Below, one piece after another: positions 36,801-50,334 of a DNA stretch of 64,000 nt. This DNA is from Mytilus californianus (taxonomy: Eukaryota): contig NW_026262712.1 in the NCBI RefSeq assembly GCF_021869535.1, positions 32,488,001 through 32,552,000 of the forward strand, read 5' to 3'. The position numbers and the translations under genes were made by a program. Each line of letters opens with the position of its first letter. Position 1 is the stretch's first letter. The notes under the pieces are model-generated. The model was not told the origin of the DNA, made no database searches, and was given only the letters and a program-made list of their open reading frames with translations.

Positions 36801-39800
36801 AGTGATGTCTTTAAGTTCTGTAGTGATGTCTTTAACTTCTGTAGTGACGTCTTTACGTTCTGTAGTGATGTCTTTAGCTTCTGTTATGATTTCGTTACGT
36901 TCTGAATTGATGTCTTTACGGTGTGTAGTGATGTTTTAAAATTGTGAAGTGATGTCTTTACGTTCTGAAGTGATGTCTTTACGTTCTGTAGTGATGTCTT
37001 ACGTTCTGTAGTAATGGCTTTAATTTGTGTTGTGAAGTCGTTACGTTGTGTAGTGATGTCTTTACGTTCTATAGTGATGTCTGTAGGTTCTGTAGTGATG
37101 TCTTTACGTTCTAAATGATGTCTGCAGGTTCTGTAGTGATATCAAGTCCTGTAGTGATGTATTTACGTTCTCTCGTGATGTCTTAACGTCTTAATGTCTT
37201 GTGTAGTGATGTCTTTACGTTGTGTAGTGATGCCTTTACGTTGTGAAGTGATGTCTTTACGTTGTGTAGTGATGTGTATACGTTCTGTAGTAATGTCTTT
37301 ACGTTCTAAAGTGATGTTTTTAAGTTGTGTAGTGATATCTTTACGTTGTGGAGTGATGTCCTTACGTTCTGTAGTGATGTTTCTACATTCTGTAGTTTTG
37401 TCGTTACGTTATGTAGTAATTTCCTTACGTTCTGTATTGATGTATGTATGTTCTGTATTGATGTCTTTTCGTTCTGTAGTGATGTCTTAACGGTCTGTAG
37501 TGATGTATTTACGTTCTGTAGTGATGTCTTTACGTTCTGTAGTGATGGCTTTATGTTGTGTAGTGAAGTCGTTACGTTGTGTAGTGATGTCTTTATGTTT
37601 TGAAGTGATGTCTTTACGTTGTGCAGTGATGTTTGTATTTTCTGTAGTGATGTCTTTAGGTTCTGTAGTGATGTCTTAACGGTCTGTACTGATTTATTTA
37701 CGTTCTGTAGTGATGTCTGTACGTTCTGTAGTGATGGCTTTATGTTTTGTGATGAAGTGGTTACGTTGTGTAGTGATGTCTTTTCGTTTTGAAGTGATGT
37801 CTTTACGTTGTGTAGTGATGTTTGTATTTTCTGTAGTGATGTCTTTAGGTTGTGTAGTGATGTCTTTACGTTCTGTAGTGATGTCTTTACGTTGTGTAGT
37901 GATTCCTTTACGTTGTGTAGTGATGTCTTTACGTTGTGTAGTGATGTGTATACGTTCTGTAGTAATGTCTTTACGTTCTAAAGTGATGTTTTTAAGTTGT
38001 ATAGTGATATCTTTACGTTCTGAAGTGATGTCTTTACGTTCTGTAGTGATGTCTTACGTTCTGTAGTAATGACTTTATGTTGTGTAGTAAAGTCGTTACG
38101 TTGTGTAGTGATGTCATTAGGTTCTGTAATGATGTTCTAACATTTAGAAGTGATGTCTTTAAGTTCTGTAGTGATGTCTTTAAGTTCTGTAGTGACGTCT
38201 TTACGTTCTGTAGTGATGTCTTTAGCTTCTGTTATGATTTCGTTAGTTCTGAATTGATGTCTTTACGGTGTGTAGTGATGTTTTAAAATTGTGAAGTGAT
38301 GTCTTTGCGTTCTGAAGTGATGTCTTTACGTTCTGTAGTGATGTCTTACGTTCTGTAGTAATGGCTTTAATTTGTGTTGTGAAGTCGTTACGTTGTGTAG
38401 TGATGTTTTTACGTTCTATAGTGATGTCAGTAGGTTCTGTAGTGATGTCTTTACGTTCTAAATGATGTCTTCAGGTTCTGTAGTGATATCAAGTCCTGTA
38501 GTGATGTCTTTACGTTCTCTCGTGATGTCTTAACGTTCTGTAGTGTTGTTGTTATGTTCTGTAGTGATGTCTTTACGTTTAGTAGTGATGTCATTCCGTT
38601 CTGTAGTGATGTATTTACGTTTTGTAACGATGTCTTCACGTTGTGTAGTGATTTCTTCATGTTGTGTAGTGATGTCTTTACGTTGTGTAGTGAATTCATG
38701 ACGTTGTGTAGTGATGTCTTTACGTTCTGCAGTGATGTCGTTACGTTGTGTAGTGATGTCTGTGTGTTGTGTAGTGATGTCTTTACGTTGTGTAGTGATG
38801 CCTTTACGATGTGTAGTGATGTGTATACGTTCTGTAGTAATGTCTTTACGTTCTAAAGTGATGTTTTTAAGTTGTGTAGTGATATCTTTACGTTCTGAAG
38901 TGATGTCTTTACGTTCTGTAGTGATGTCTTACGTTCTGTAGCAATGGCTTTATGTTGTGTAGTGAAGGCGTTACGTTGTGTAGTGATGTCTTTACGTTCT
39001 GTAGTGATGTCTTACGTTCTGTAGTAATGGCTTTATGTTGTGTAGTGAAGTCGTTACGTTGTGTAGTGATGTCTTTACGTTCTATAGTGATGTCTGTAGG
39101 TTCTGAAGTGATTTCTTAACGTTCTAAATGATGTCTTCAGGTTCTGTATTGACATTAAGTCCTGTAGTGATGTCTTTACGTTCTGTCGTGATGTCTTAAC
39201 GTTCTGTAGTGTTGTTGTTAGGTTCTGTAGTGATGTCTTTACGTTTTGTAGTGATGTCTTTACGTTTGGTAGTGATCTCTTTACGTTGTGTAGTGATTTT
39301 TTTATGTTGTGTAGTGATGTCTTTACGTTGTGTAGTGAAGTCATGACGTTGTGTGTTGATGTCTTTACGTTGTGTAGTGATGTCTTTACGTTCTGTAGTG
39401 ATGTCGTTACGTTGTGTAGTGATGTATGTATGTTGTGTAGTGATGTCTTTACGTTGTGTAGTGTTGCCTTTTCGTTGTGTTGTGATGTCGTTACGTTGTG
39501 TAGTGATGTCTTTACGTTCTGATGTAATAGCTTTATATTGTGTAGTGAAGTCATAACGTTCTGTAGTGATGATTTTATGTTCTGTTGTGATGTCTTTACG
39601 TTCTAAATGATGTCTTTAGGTTCTGTAGTGATATCTTTACGTTGTGTAGTGAAGTATTTACGTTTTATAGTGATGTCTTTTCTTTCTGTAGTGATGTCTT
39701 GAAGTCCTGTAGTGATGTCTTTACGTTCTATCGTGATGTCTTAACGTTCTGTAGTGTTGTTGTTAGGTTCTGTAGTGATGTCTTTACGTTCTGTAGTGAT

Positions 39801-40605
39801 GTCATTACGTTCTGTAGTGATGTATTCACGTTTTGTAGTGATGTCTTCACGTTGTGTAGTGATTTCTTTATGTTGTGTAGTGATGTCTTTACGTTGTGTA
39901 GTGAAGTCATGACGTTGTGTAGTGATGTCTTTACGTTCTGTAGTGATGTCGTCACGTTGTGTAGTGATGTCTGTATGTTGTGTAGTGATGTCTTTACGTT
40001 GTGTAGTGATGCCTTAACGTTGTGTAGTGATGTCTTTACGTTGTGTATTGATGTGTATATGTTCTTTAGTAATGTCTTTACGTTCTAAATTTAAGTTGTG
40101 TCGTGATATCTTTACGTTGTGGAGTGATGTCCTTATGTTCTGTAGTGATGTTTCTACGTTCTGTAGTTTTGTCGTTACGTTATGTAGTAATGTCTTTACG
40201 TTCTGTAGTGATATCTTTACGTTCTGTAGTGATATCTGTATTTTCTGTATTGATGTCTTTTCGTTCTGTAGTGATGTCTTAACGGTGTGTAGTGATGTCT
40301 TTACGTTCTGTAGTGATGTCTTTACGTTCTGCAGTGATGGCTTTATGTTGTGTAGTGAAGTCGTTACGTTGTGTAGTGATGTCTTCACGTTTTGAAGTGA
40401 TGTCTTTACGTTGTGTAGTGGTGTTTGTATTTTCTCTAGTGATGTCTTTAGGTTCTATAGTGATGTCTTAACGTTCTGAAGTGATGTATTTACGTTCTGT
40501 AGTAATGGCTTGATGTTGTGTAGTGAAGGCGTTACGTTGTGTAGTGATGTCTTTATGTTCTGAAGTGATGTATTTACGTTCTGTAGTGATGTCTTTACGT
40601 TGTGT
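30835..40605 (+). repeat. 21-bp minisatellite array of ~9.8 kb with higher-order repeats
   Basis: Consensus TGTAGTGATGTCTTTACGTT(C/G). Variant blocks repeat at 1008 bp (33942/34950, 34124/35132, 34488/35496) and 698 bp (36496/37194, 36627/37325). Confidence 0.95.
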
Positions 40606-41529
40606 GGTGTCTTTTTTATGCTTTTTTCTTCTTAAAATGTTACTTTTGTACTGAAAATGTTTTTGGTCTTATTTTTACCTAAATTTTTTTATTAATGCAC
40701 CAACGTGCAACAACCAACCAGTAGCAGACTCACAATGTACGGAAATCCTGATTTCACACTTTTGATACAAGTGTAACTGGAACATGCATACATGTAAAAA
40801 AGTATAACAAAAAAAGTGAACTTCAAGGCAATTTCAACAAGGGGGAGTGTATACAAACTGACAAAATCAAATGCTGTCAATCAACAGAACAAGTGTAAAA
40901 CAACTGCCATATTCTTATCTTAGTACAGGCATTTTCCGGATAAAATGGGGTGTTAAACCTGGTTTTATAGTTAGCTTAACCTCACAATTGTATGACAGTT
41001 GTTCATAGTTCCGTTATATTGACAAAATTAGGTAAGCAACCCCAACAGACATACTAGATTTATTTGACAGCAATCGGGAGCCATCAATTCAAAACTGTGT
41101 AAACATACATCACAGACAAACAACACACTAAAAAATTCATCCTGGGTTTATTAAACAAATATTTCAGATAAGAGTTTATGTTTCCCCTTAGTTTGCAATC
41201 GATGTTAATAATTCTGATATGACGTTAGATGAGCCATCCTTTGTTTTTATATTTAACCGAGTGTTTAGCGGAAATGTGTAATCGAAGTACAAGATTTAAT
41301 ATCCTTTTTAAAACTGCAACAAGTGCAAGTTACTTAACCCCTTTTTTAGCAATTCTTCTTCAGAGTCCTTTCTTTTCGTAATGCCATAATCATTGACGTA
41401 TGCATATAAATCGTCTTTTAAGATTTTCAATTTATAAAGTGTGAGAGCAGTACGCTAGTAAGAGTTTTTCAAATTTTTTATCATTCACTCGAAATAAGCT
41501 TTCATTAACATATTTTTCTTTTTATTTAC

Positions 41530-41780
41530 CTTATTAATCAACCACTTATAAAAATACCGCCAATTGCACTTGCTAATCGTATATAAACATTCTGATGAGT
41601 TATTATATACCATCCGATGATTAATTTTCTGTGTAGGACAATACACAATCTATGAATCATCATCATTATCATTACAAGCTTCACCTGTCGATACATTTAA
41701 CCGCTGTTTACTGTCACGAAGGAAGAATTGAAGTATTTCAAAATCTGCGTACAATTTACTCGTTTGAGGGATTAACTCGG
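41530..41780 (+). promoter_or_regulatory. Putative promoter and non-coding exon 1 of the TRIM-like copy at 44631
   Basis: ataccgc...cacttg...TATAAA (41582-41587)...gatacattt...TGTTTAC (41705-41711)...donor GTATGT at 41780. Homologous to 27089-27240 and 52960-53150. Confidence 0.6.
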
Positions 41781-42289
41781 TATGTAAGCTTTGTAATATT
41801 ATTATATTTAACGCCATACATTCGTTGAGTATTTTGTTATATCAATATGGTTGAAACACTCATTTTTTTTTCTTTTGATCAATTGTTCAAAGTTAAAATA
41901 TAAGGGAGACAATCGTCGTGAAAACGTTATTATTATGATTTTTTTAACATTTTGCAAATTTTCATTTTCAGAAAAATCATGTATAGGATTATTGTTTGAT
42001 GTCCTATTGTTTAACATTTAGATTCGATGTTCTTGTGATAATTCAGTGCTTGTGGTGATGCTGAGGAATACAGTGTCCAATCTTTTCATGTTGGGCCTGT
42101 CCTTATGAATTGACAGATACGGCTTCTCAGCGTCCTCAGTAAATTATTTTTTAGAGTTTGCTTTACTTTTTAATGGTTCATCTGATTTTATAATAGCTGA
42201 AACTATAGAAATATCAGTAGCAGTTACATATAAGGATCCGTCAAATCTGTTTGCTATTTTTCTCAATTCTTTTTTTTTTTAAAGTAAAA

Positions 42290-42880
42290 GATACGAAAAG
42301 GGATACTCAAACTGATAAGTCGAACACAAACTGATAATGCCATGACACGAACTCGACACAAAATCGGAGTTGACACCAGGTGCTTCGGAAGGGTAAGCAG
42401 ATCCTTTTCAACATTAGGCACCCGTCGTGATGATAATGTAAGTACAAACCCCGTTATAAGTCTCATTATGTCTGTTTTGGTTATTCCCCCAATTTTGTCA
42501 ATTTAACGGAACTATAACAGTTGTCATACATGTCGGAGTTTGAGCTACCTGTAGCTCTAAAACCAAGTTAAACTCAATATTTTCGTCGGAAAATGCCTGT
42601 ACCAAGTCAGGAATATGACAGCTGTTTTTCATTCGTTTCGTTTGTTGATAGAGTCTAGCGTTTGATTTTGTCAGTTTTTATGGACTTTCCCTTTGTGAGT
42701 TTACCTTAGATTACGGTATTTATGTTACACTTTTTTTGGTAGGTCAGAGGAAAAGAGAACGGATTATGGTTACGACAATTTGAACATCGTCGTCATCTGT
42801 GGAACAAATATCTCATAACGGTCAACGAATTCGTGACGACGTCAATAACAATTTCAACTTCACCACTTGAACCTTTTGTT
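42290..42880 (-). repeat. Two fragments of the non-coding tail of the Penelope-like family
   Basis: Reverse complements of ...tgcttacccttccggagcacctg... (42290-42480) and of ...acgacgatgttc...ataatccgttctc (42740-42880) match the 47910-48330 copy. Confidence 0.55.
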
Positions 42881-44630
42881 CAAATGTACATTTTGGCTTC
42901 ATTTTCATTAGTTGATATTGATGACAAAATAGAGGTTAAAGCCACTGTACACATACATGAACCATATCTCATTTAATACGAATATCGGTTATCAGAAACT
43001 GAAACAAAATTTTATACCAAAAAAAAATGTCATTGTAAAATATTTCATCTTCAAAATTTTTTTTAGAGACGGAATATTTGAATGGAATGATGACAATTTT
43101 TTTGAGAACGTTTTTAGCCGAAATATGACCTTATCTTAAAATTTGCCTCTCTTGATGTGAGAAGATGGCCTCTTCCCCAAATGTTTCTCTATTAACAACA
43201 GTTTTCGCTATCAACCATAAACTAAGTAATACCAGATATCAATTGCTGTATGGGAAAAATTACGGGATATAATAAACCTATTGTGATTCTTGTCATAATC
43301 TCAATTGCGTTTGGTCACTGACGAAAATTCGTTTAAAAGGTTTTAATATGTGCAAGGGGAACACATGTATATATACGGAAAAAAACGTTACATATAAGGA
43401 TATTTTTGGTGAAAAATGGCAAAGAAAATTATATAGAAATCATTGAGAGAATTGTCGTAATGCGTTATTAGTTAACAGAGGTATGTAAAACAGTTATTTT
43501 TTAAATATTGTTTTACAGAATATATTAAAACATTGATGAACCACTCAACTGTAAATAAAATAATATAATAAGTTAAAACAAACAATATATTATTAAGTTT
43601 TGGTTGCATACCTTTTTTTTGAACCGGAAAGATAACTTCCCATTTTGGTTGTGAATTTGGAGTAATTCAAGTCCTGATAAAAACTGGTAATTAAATTAAA
43701 TATATATTACAATTATATATAACATTAAGCAGTAAAAGACATATATTGAAATATACTATTGAATATCAGTTGCCATTCAAATATGTAGCTTTTTATGGAG
43801 AATGTGAATGAGAATACAAAAAAAAAAAGAAATGCATGATACATGTAGCCAAATCAAAAGAGTAACAGTTAATTCCCTTTGCATTTATGTATCATGATTA
43901 AGTAGTGTTACCTCTATAATCTTTAGTAGTCACAAATTCCACTTAAATATGCGTTTCATTAAATTATTATTCAATGTTAGATTGCTGCTTTAAATCAGAT
44001 CAATATCTTTATAAGATATGTGTTGAAGATCGATTACCAATTAATTAATTACCCGATATGCCAACTTTCATTTGTATTTTAGAAATGAATATTCTTAATT
44101 GATATGGCTGAAATGTAAATAATTGTACAGAACATTTGTTCGTCAGTTAAGAACGATGCACGTATAGGCTATTTATAAACTATTAATATTTTGAAAAGTT
44201 TGAGTTCAAAATTATAAAGTTGCCCCTATTAGTTTATAACACTAATAACCATAAAAAAATTGTAATAAGTCAATAGCTAATGCAAATAAATGGAATTTAT
44301 TAGATCCACTTTGAATGCAAATGTATGACTGTTTCTTGTATATACCAGTCTGATTACTGTTTATTTTTCATATAATTTCAATCCGATTTATAATTGTCCG
44401 TTATAGTTGATTAAGATTGTTTTTGCTGCAGAATTGAATGTAGCAACAACACAATTAAAAACAAAAAAAAATCTATTTGCTAAGGCGTTTTAAGCAAAGA
44501 TTTTCTTCTTTAATGAATTGAGCAGTACACATTCGATGTGTCCTCTAATAAGTGACTGAATATATATAAAGTATTGTCAAAATACAGAACTGTTACAATT
44601 GAATTATATTTTTTGTAGTTATTGTTAAAC

Positions 44631-46329
44631 ATGGCCTCATCAACACCCGTGTGCGGTATATGTGATCAAAACAATATAACCATACCATCCATGATCTGGT
44701 GTTTTGAATGTGATGAAGGACTTTGTTTAGAATGCAAAAGCCACCACAGTCTGTCGAAGGGAACACGAAAGCATACCACCGTACCAATAAGTGAGTACCA
44801 GAAATTACCATGTGATATTGTCAAAATCACTCAAAACTGTGCCAAGCATAACGAGAAGTTCAATATTTATTGCAAAAAAGCATGAAAGTCTTTGCTGCGG
44901 TATTTGTATTGTAGAAACTCACTTAGCATGTCGTGACCTCGGCAAACTGGCTGATATTATTCAAAACATAAGCTTTGCAAATGCCTTTGATGAAATTGAA
45001 CAATCGTTAGCAGAACTAACCAACAATATTCAAAGAATTCGAAATGATCGAGAAAATAATACGAAGAGGTTAACCAAGAAAAGAAAGCAGATCAAGCAAG
45101 AAATTGAACACACAAGGATTACACTGAACAACCATTAAGACAAAATAAAAGCTGACATATTAAAAAAATTAAATGCAACCGAAGAAACGGAAAGTAAGTT
45201 AATTGGCAAACAGCTGGAATTGTTGAAAAAAGAAGAGAGTGAGGTAACTGAATACCGGAAAAACATTAAAAGTATCAAGCAACATGCCACAGATCTTCAG
45301 AAATTTATTTCTATAAAAGATCTGAAAAAAAAGGTCACAAGGAAAGACGAATTCCTGATGGCAGTGATTGACACCGAAAAATTTTAAGACCTCGAAATGA
45401 CGTATAATGCCAATGCCGCCATGCAAAATGTCAACAACTATATCAAGAATTTTGAAGAAATAATAATTGAAACGAAACCGTGCGATGTCATCCTCACAAG
45501 GAGGAAAGCCAATCAAGCCCAAATAATGATGCCGAACATATCACCTAAGTCAGTTGAAAATATAAAAGTGATGCTGCATAAAACTATAAATACTATGGTG
45601 AATCGGACATGGGGTTGTTGCATGCTACCTGATGGTAGAAATACCTTTGCAGATTACTTAAACAAAGATATCAGAATATTCAAAACTGACGGATCAAAAA
45701 ATTTTGATGAGAGAACAGCAACAAATCCATGCGACATAGCTTACAACAGTGAAGAAAAAAACACTGAATGTAACCTCAGGACAGTCAGACAAGTAATACA
45801 TTACAATATCGACATACAACACAAACAAATCAAGAACGAAATACCATTTGATAATAAGTATTACGGTGTAGCTGTAAAAGATGGTAAGTTCATTTGTTGC
45901 GCAGCTGGAAAAGGAATTCATTCGATCAATCCGCACAGCAACTCAAGAAATGATATAGTTTGTGATAAAATACCAAAGTTTTGTTACGTTGAAACATTTG
46001 GTGACAAAATGTTTCAAACAAATAACAAACTAAACTCCGTGATATGTTATGACATACAAGGCTCAGTACAATGGTCATTTAAGGATGAAAGCGTCCTTAA
46101 GGGTCCAATTGGTATCTCTGTTGACAATAACGGTAACGTGTACGTAGTTGGGAAATCGTCAAGCAATGTCATTGCTATATCTGCAGATGGCCAACAATAC
46201 AAGGAAACACTAACTGCCAATGATGATCTGTTAGACCCTTCATGTCTTCATTATAATATTAGTTCTAGTCAGTTACTGGTGGCAAATTATGAAAAGAATG
46301 CAATGATTTTTACTTTGAATTCAATATAA
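44631..46329 (+). pseudogene. TRIM-like (B-box x2, coiled coil, NHL-like propeller) pseudogene
   Basis: Colinear with the open paralogue. +1 A frameshift in an A-run (44874-44879), TTA to TAA at 45136-45138, -1 frameshift near 45375. The C-terminal 310 aa ORF (45397-46329) contains propeller repeats (GPIGISVDNNGNVYVVG). Acceptor 12 nt before the ATG. Confidence 0.85.
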
Positions 46330-47209
46330 AACAATCATCATACTTGATATTACAAATGCTAAACGCATATTATCGTTTATGTCAATTAAGTTGCAACGGC
46401 TAACCTATAAAGTAGCATGTGATCTGTCTTTCCATTTTTTATTCTTTTATCTTGACATTGTATTCATAAGAACATGTGCAGTGACATGTTATAAATTTTA
46501 TTTTACTGTTTGAACTAAAAAGCTTTGTAATTAAACAAATAATCATATATTAATTGACTCACTACATGTCCGATGTTCAATTGACCACTACAATGTACTA
46601 CAAATTATAGATTAAATTTTCGTAGTTGATGGTTCGTTGCTTTATTGTATCATTTTGCTTCAACGGGTAAAATTAATTGTGTGATGGATCCGATATACCT
46701 TACCAGAATGGTAGATAACAAACACAAAAATTCTTTGCAGATTTGAAACTTAAACGACTATTCATTTCAATTTTGTAACCTATATAATATTAAATTCAAA
46801 ATGTTATCGCTCGTCAATTTTAATACATCTAACAGAAAATCAACAAGGCATTAACAGAAATCAGTGAAGTAATAAGAATATAACCCAACGACACAAAAAG
46901 ACAAATACCATCTAGAAGTTAACATATAATCATCAGTTATAGACAGTCTCCAATATAATATGTCAAGCTCAAAAAACCGTATCACTTCTATCAGCTTGTC
47001 AATAAATTTCAAAGATTATTTATGAAATGTCATTAATATTAATTTCTATTCAGGACATGCATATATATAAAACATGAATATGTAACTACACAGACAACTG
47101 CAGAAGATATTCTTGTCTGTAAAGACGAAAATCGAGTGTGGCTTACTTAATTAAAAGCTTGTTATCCCTAATATCATTTTACAACTGGGTGGATGCCTCT
47201 TTCGGGGAA

Positions 47210-47520
47210 ACCATTAACACAATTGTCTGTACTCACGTTCTGACACGAATGTGACCTATCAAATTAGACTTATCACTGGGTTTGTACTGACATGAGTAAC
47301 ACGACAGATGCCACATGTGGAATAGAATATGCTTACCCTACCGGAGCAGCTGATATCATCACCGGTTTTGGTGGTGTTCGTCTTGCTCAGTCTTTAGTTT
47401 TCTATGTTGTGTTTTGTATGCTGCTTGTCTCTTGATTGTTTTTCAATTTTTTGCCATGTCATTGTCAGTTTGTTTTCGACTTATGAGTTTGAATATCCCT
47501 TTAGTATCTCTCGCCTCTCA
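47210..47520 (+). repeat. Penelope-like family non-coding tail
   Basis: gcttaccctaccggagcagctg...ttgctcagtctttagttttctatgttgtgttttg; inverted relative to the copy at 47910-48640. Confidence 0.6.
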
Positions 47521-47909
47521 TTCAATTCTTAAGACCGGTTGATTGAGATTGTTAGTTTTTCAAAACCATTAGGCAGATTAGTATATCATGATGCAGTTGA
47601 GGAATACAGGCTGAAATATTTGTTTATAAATATCATTTGTTTGTAATATAATGCTTATGGTAAATATAATAACTTTAATGGGTCTTTTTCATAATTTCTG
47701 GACAGTCCCAATTTTGTTTAACCATACTTTCACGAACACAACTGTCAGACCATATGTTCTGTAAATCTATTGTATTCATTTTCATTCGTAACACTTGTTT
47801 TTACCCCAAGGCATAGATTACCTCAGCATGATTTGTTACATTTTTCAATTGTTTATTTGTCAATATCCCCAACTTCTTTATTGATTTATTTACATATTAT
47901 TTGTAAAAG

Positions 47910-48640
47910 AGAGGTTAAAGATACCAAAGGGACATTAAAACTCATAATTCGAAAATATACGACAACGCCATTGCTAAAAAAGAAAAAAGACAAACAGACA
48001 AACAGACAAACAATAGTACACAAAACACATCATAGAAAACTAAAGACTGAGCAACACGAACCCCACCAAAAACTGGGGATAATATCAGGTGCTCCGGAAG
48101 GGTAAGCAGATCCTGCTGCACATGTGGCACCCGTTGTGCTGCTCATGTTAGTAAAAATCCGGTAATAAGTCTTATTCGGTAGGTCACATTCGGGGAAAAG
48201 GGGACGGGATTGTAGTTACGACATTTGGAACATATCCGCTATCATCTGTGAAACGGATATTCCATAACGGTCAACCAACTCGTGATGGCGTCCGTAAAAT
48301 TTACGAAGGAATGATTTCAATTTAACCACTTGGAACTCATGGTTTAGTAGCTTCCTTTTGAGCAGCAACCCTCTATCAAGGAAATTATGATAGGAAATAC
48401 AAGCCCTGGAATATCGTATCAACTGGGAGATATACAGTACTCCGTATGCAGGCGCTGCTGGAATGTTGCTACATAGAAATGGAAAGTTCGCAATTGGGAA
48501 GCTGAAATCATGTCTTTTGTCGAAAAGTTTTGTTTCAACCGACCCTTAGTGTCAATTTCTAAATGTAAGTCAAGATATGATACTGACTTGACTGTATATG
48601 TTGTATCCTTGTAAAAATCTGAAAACCACCAAAGTATACA
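47910..48640 (-). mobile_element. 5'-truncated Penelope-like retroelement (RT C-terminus plus tail), frameshifted
   Basis: DTTYTVKSVSYLDLHLEIDTKGRLK followed by IRYSRACISYHNFLDRGLLLKRKLLNHEFQVVKLKSFLRKFYGRHHELVDRY, then the conserved tail. Confidence 0.75.
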
Positions 48641-49023
48641 CACAATGCAATTTATCACTAAAGAAAATGTCACGAGTACATCAAATTTAGTCTGAAACGG
48701 TAATCTTTATCTTAACATCATCCAATAAGTCTGAACAATATATTATTGAGTCATTTTCAGTCTTTCAGTCATGTTTCAGACTAGTCCACTGCGATAAATT
48801 CAGTACTGCTCAGGCAATTCGCTCTCAGTCAATTTAGTACTGTTCAGTAGCTTTTCAGACAGTTCAGTAGATGTGTGCAGGTAAATAGCTACTACTGGAC
48901 ATTCTGAACATAGACTAAACAGATGTTAATTGACTTAATAATATATTGTGCAGTATTTAAAGAGCTATTTAAATCAGAGTTGGGTAACTAGTAGGTTGAT
49001 TGACACAACCATGACACACTTAA

Positions 49024-50334
49024 AGGAGACATGAAACGATTTTCAATTTGTGTTTCAAAATGTTTATTTATACTTAACTTTCCCCAAAAATACATCGATA
49101 GCAATATAAGTGTCAAATATTTGGTGAAATATTTATTTTAATGAGATTTTAATGCAACGATTTATCGACCTGTCAAATATGCATATTTTCATCCCGGAAG
49201 TCACTCAGAACGAGGCTACTACGTCAGTGGTTACATTCATTCATATTGACATATGGGTATAGCACAAATTTAGTTTCGATTATTATCCAACAAAACGCAT
49301 GACAGTGATAAACAATGATTATGTATGATGCCAATGAATTCAACAATATAATAAAAAAGAATATTGACTTGATATTTTCTGTTTTTCGAATGACATGCAG
49401 ACTTAGGTGTAAAGATGTGACTTTTTAACAAGCCCAAAACTACACTTCTTTCCGCCCACTTTCTTAAGAATCCAGAGTTGGGGTCTCGGGTGCCATGCCA
49501 TGAGTTCATCATAGGTCACAGGTGTACGGTACAGGTGATTGAGTTTCGCAATTTCAGGTCTTGTTTTAAGTTGCAAGCTTCATGTGTCACGCCACATGGG
49601 GGATTGATAAGACATAGTTATTACGCAATATTACTTCATAAGCTCTTTGTGTACATCCTGGATGTTGGTTTTGCCGAGGGCACAGGTGAAATTGGAAAAT
49701 ATTATTGTTACAGTAATACAGGTACAACTACCTGATCATATGTTTAATGAATACCTGAAGTACGACCATACAATACCCTATGCACCACCAATTAAATACT
49801 CTAACCAGTGTTGATAACTAATAGACAACCTGTATACATAGATCTTACCGTTCTACATGATTAAAAAGTAGTTTTATTTAAATAAAAAAAAAAAAAAAAA
49901 TGCAGAAAGCGGTTTATTCAATTTATTCATCAGACAAACCAAATACAGTCGGTATTGTCTGAAAAATCGTCGTTGTTGGACTCTTCGCATGAAGAAATAA
50001 TATCCTTTTCTTTGTTATTTTTCACACACAATGGCTCAAATTGATGAGGTCAATTGTCCTTATAGTGTGTCAGTAATCGGCAAAAGTGCTGCCAATACCG
50101 TCCATAGTGTATCGACATCGTCTAGTTAGAGACATTTTTCAAGCTTGTAACCACTGACGTAAGCACGATCACGTGATCGTTATCTAATTAAAAATCATTC
50201 ATTATGACAAGCGCTGGATTCTTTGACCAGAAAACTGCCGATTGATCAGGTTTTGATCAGCAAAATTGTAAAAAACAGGTTTTTAGACTAATATTTATTA
50301 ATCTAATAAAAAAGAAAATCGTGTCACGTCTCCT
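49024..50334. mobile_element. Non-autonomous Kolobok-like element, 1311 bp
   Basis: TTAA at 49020-49023 and 50335-50338. 21-bp TIR AGGAGACATGAAACGATTTTC versus AGGAGACGTGACACGATTTTC (2 mismatches), RR...YY termini. Confidence 0.8.

Noticed and set aside
30800-40395. Dozens of ORFs with heptad repeats (VVMSLRS, CSDVFTF, minus-strand TSLQNVK resembling a coiled coil)
   Set aside because: A 21-bp monomer is a multiple of three and lacks stops in several frames. Frequent 20-bp monomers break every frame within 175 codons, so there is no sign of coding constraint.
30835-40605. CRISPR-like array
   Set aside because: Monomers are contiguous with no unique spacers, the context is eukaryotic, and no cas genes are present.
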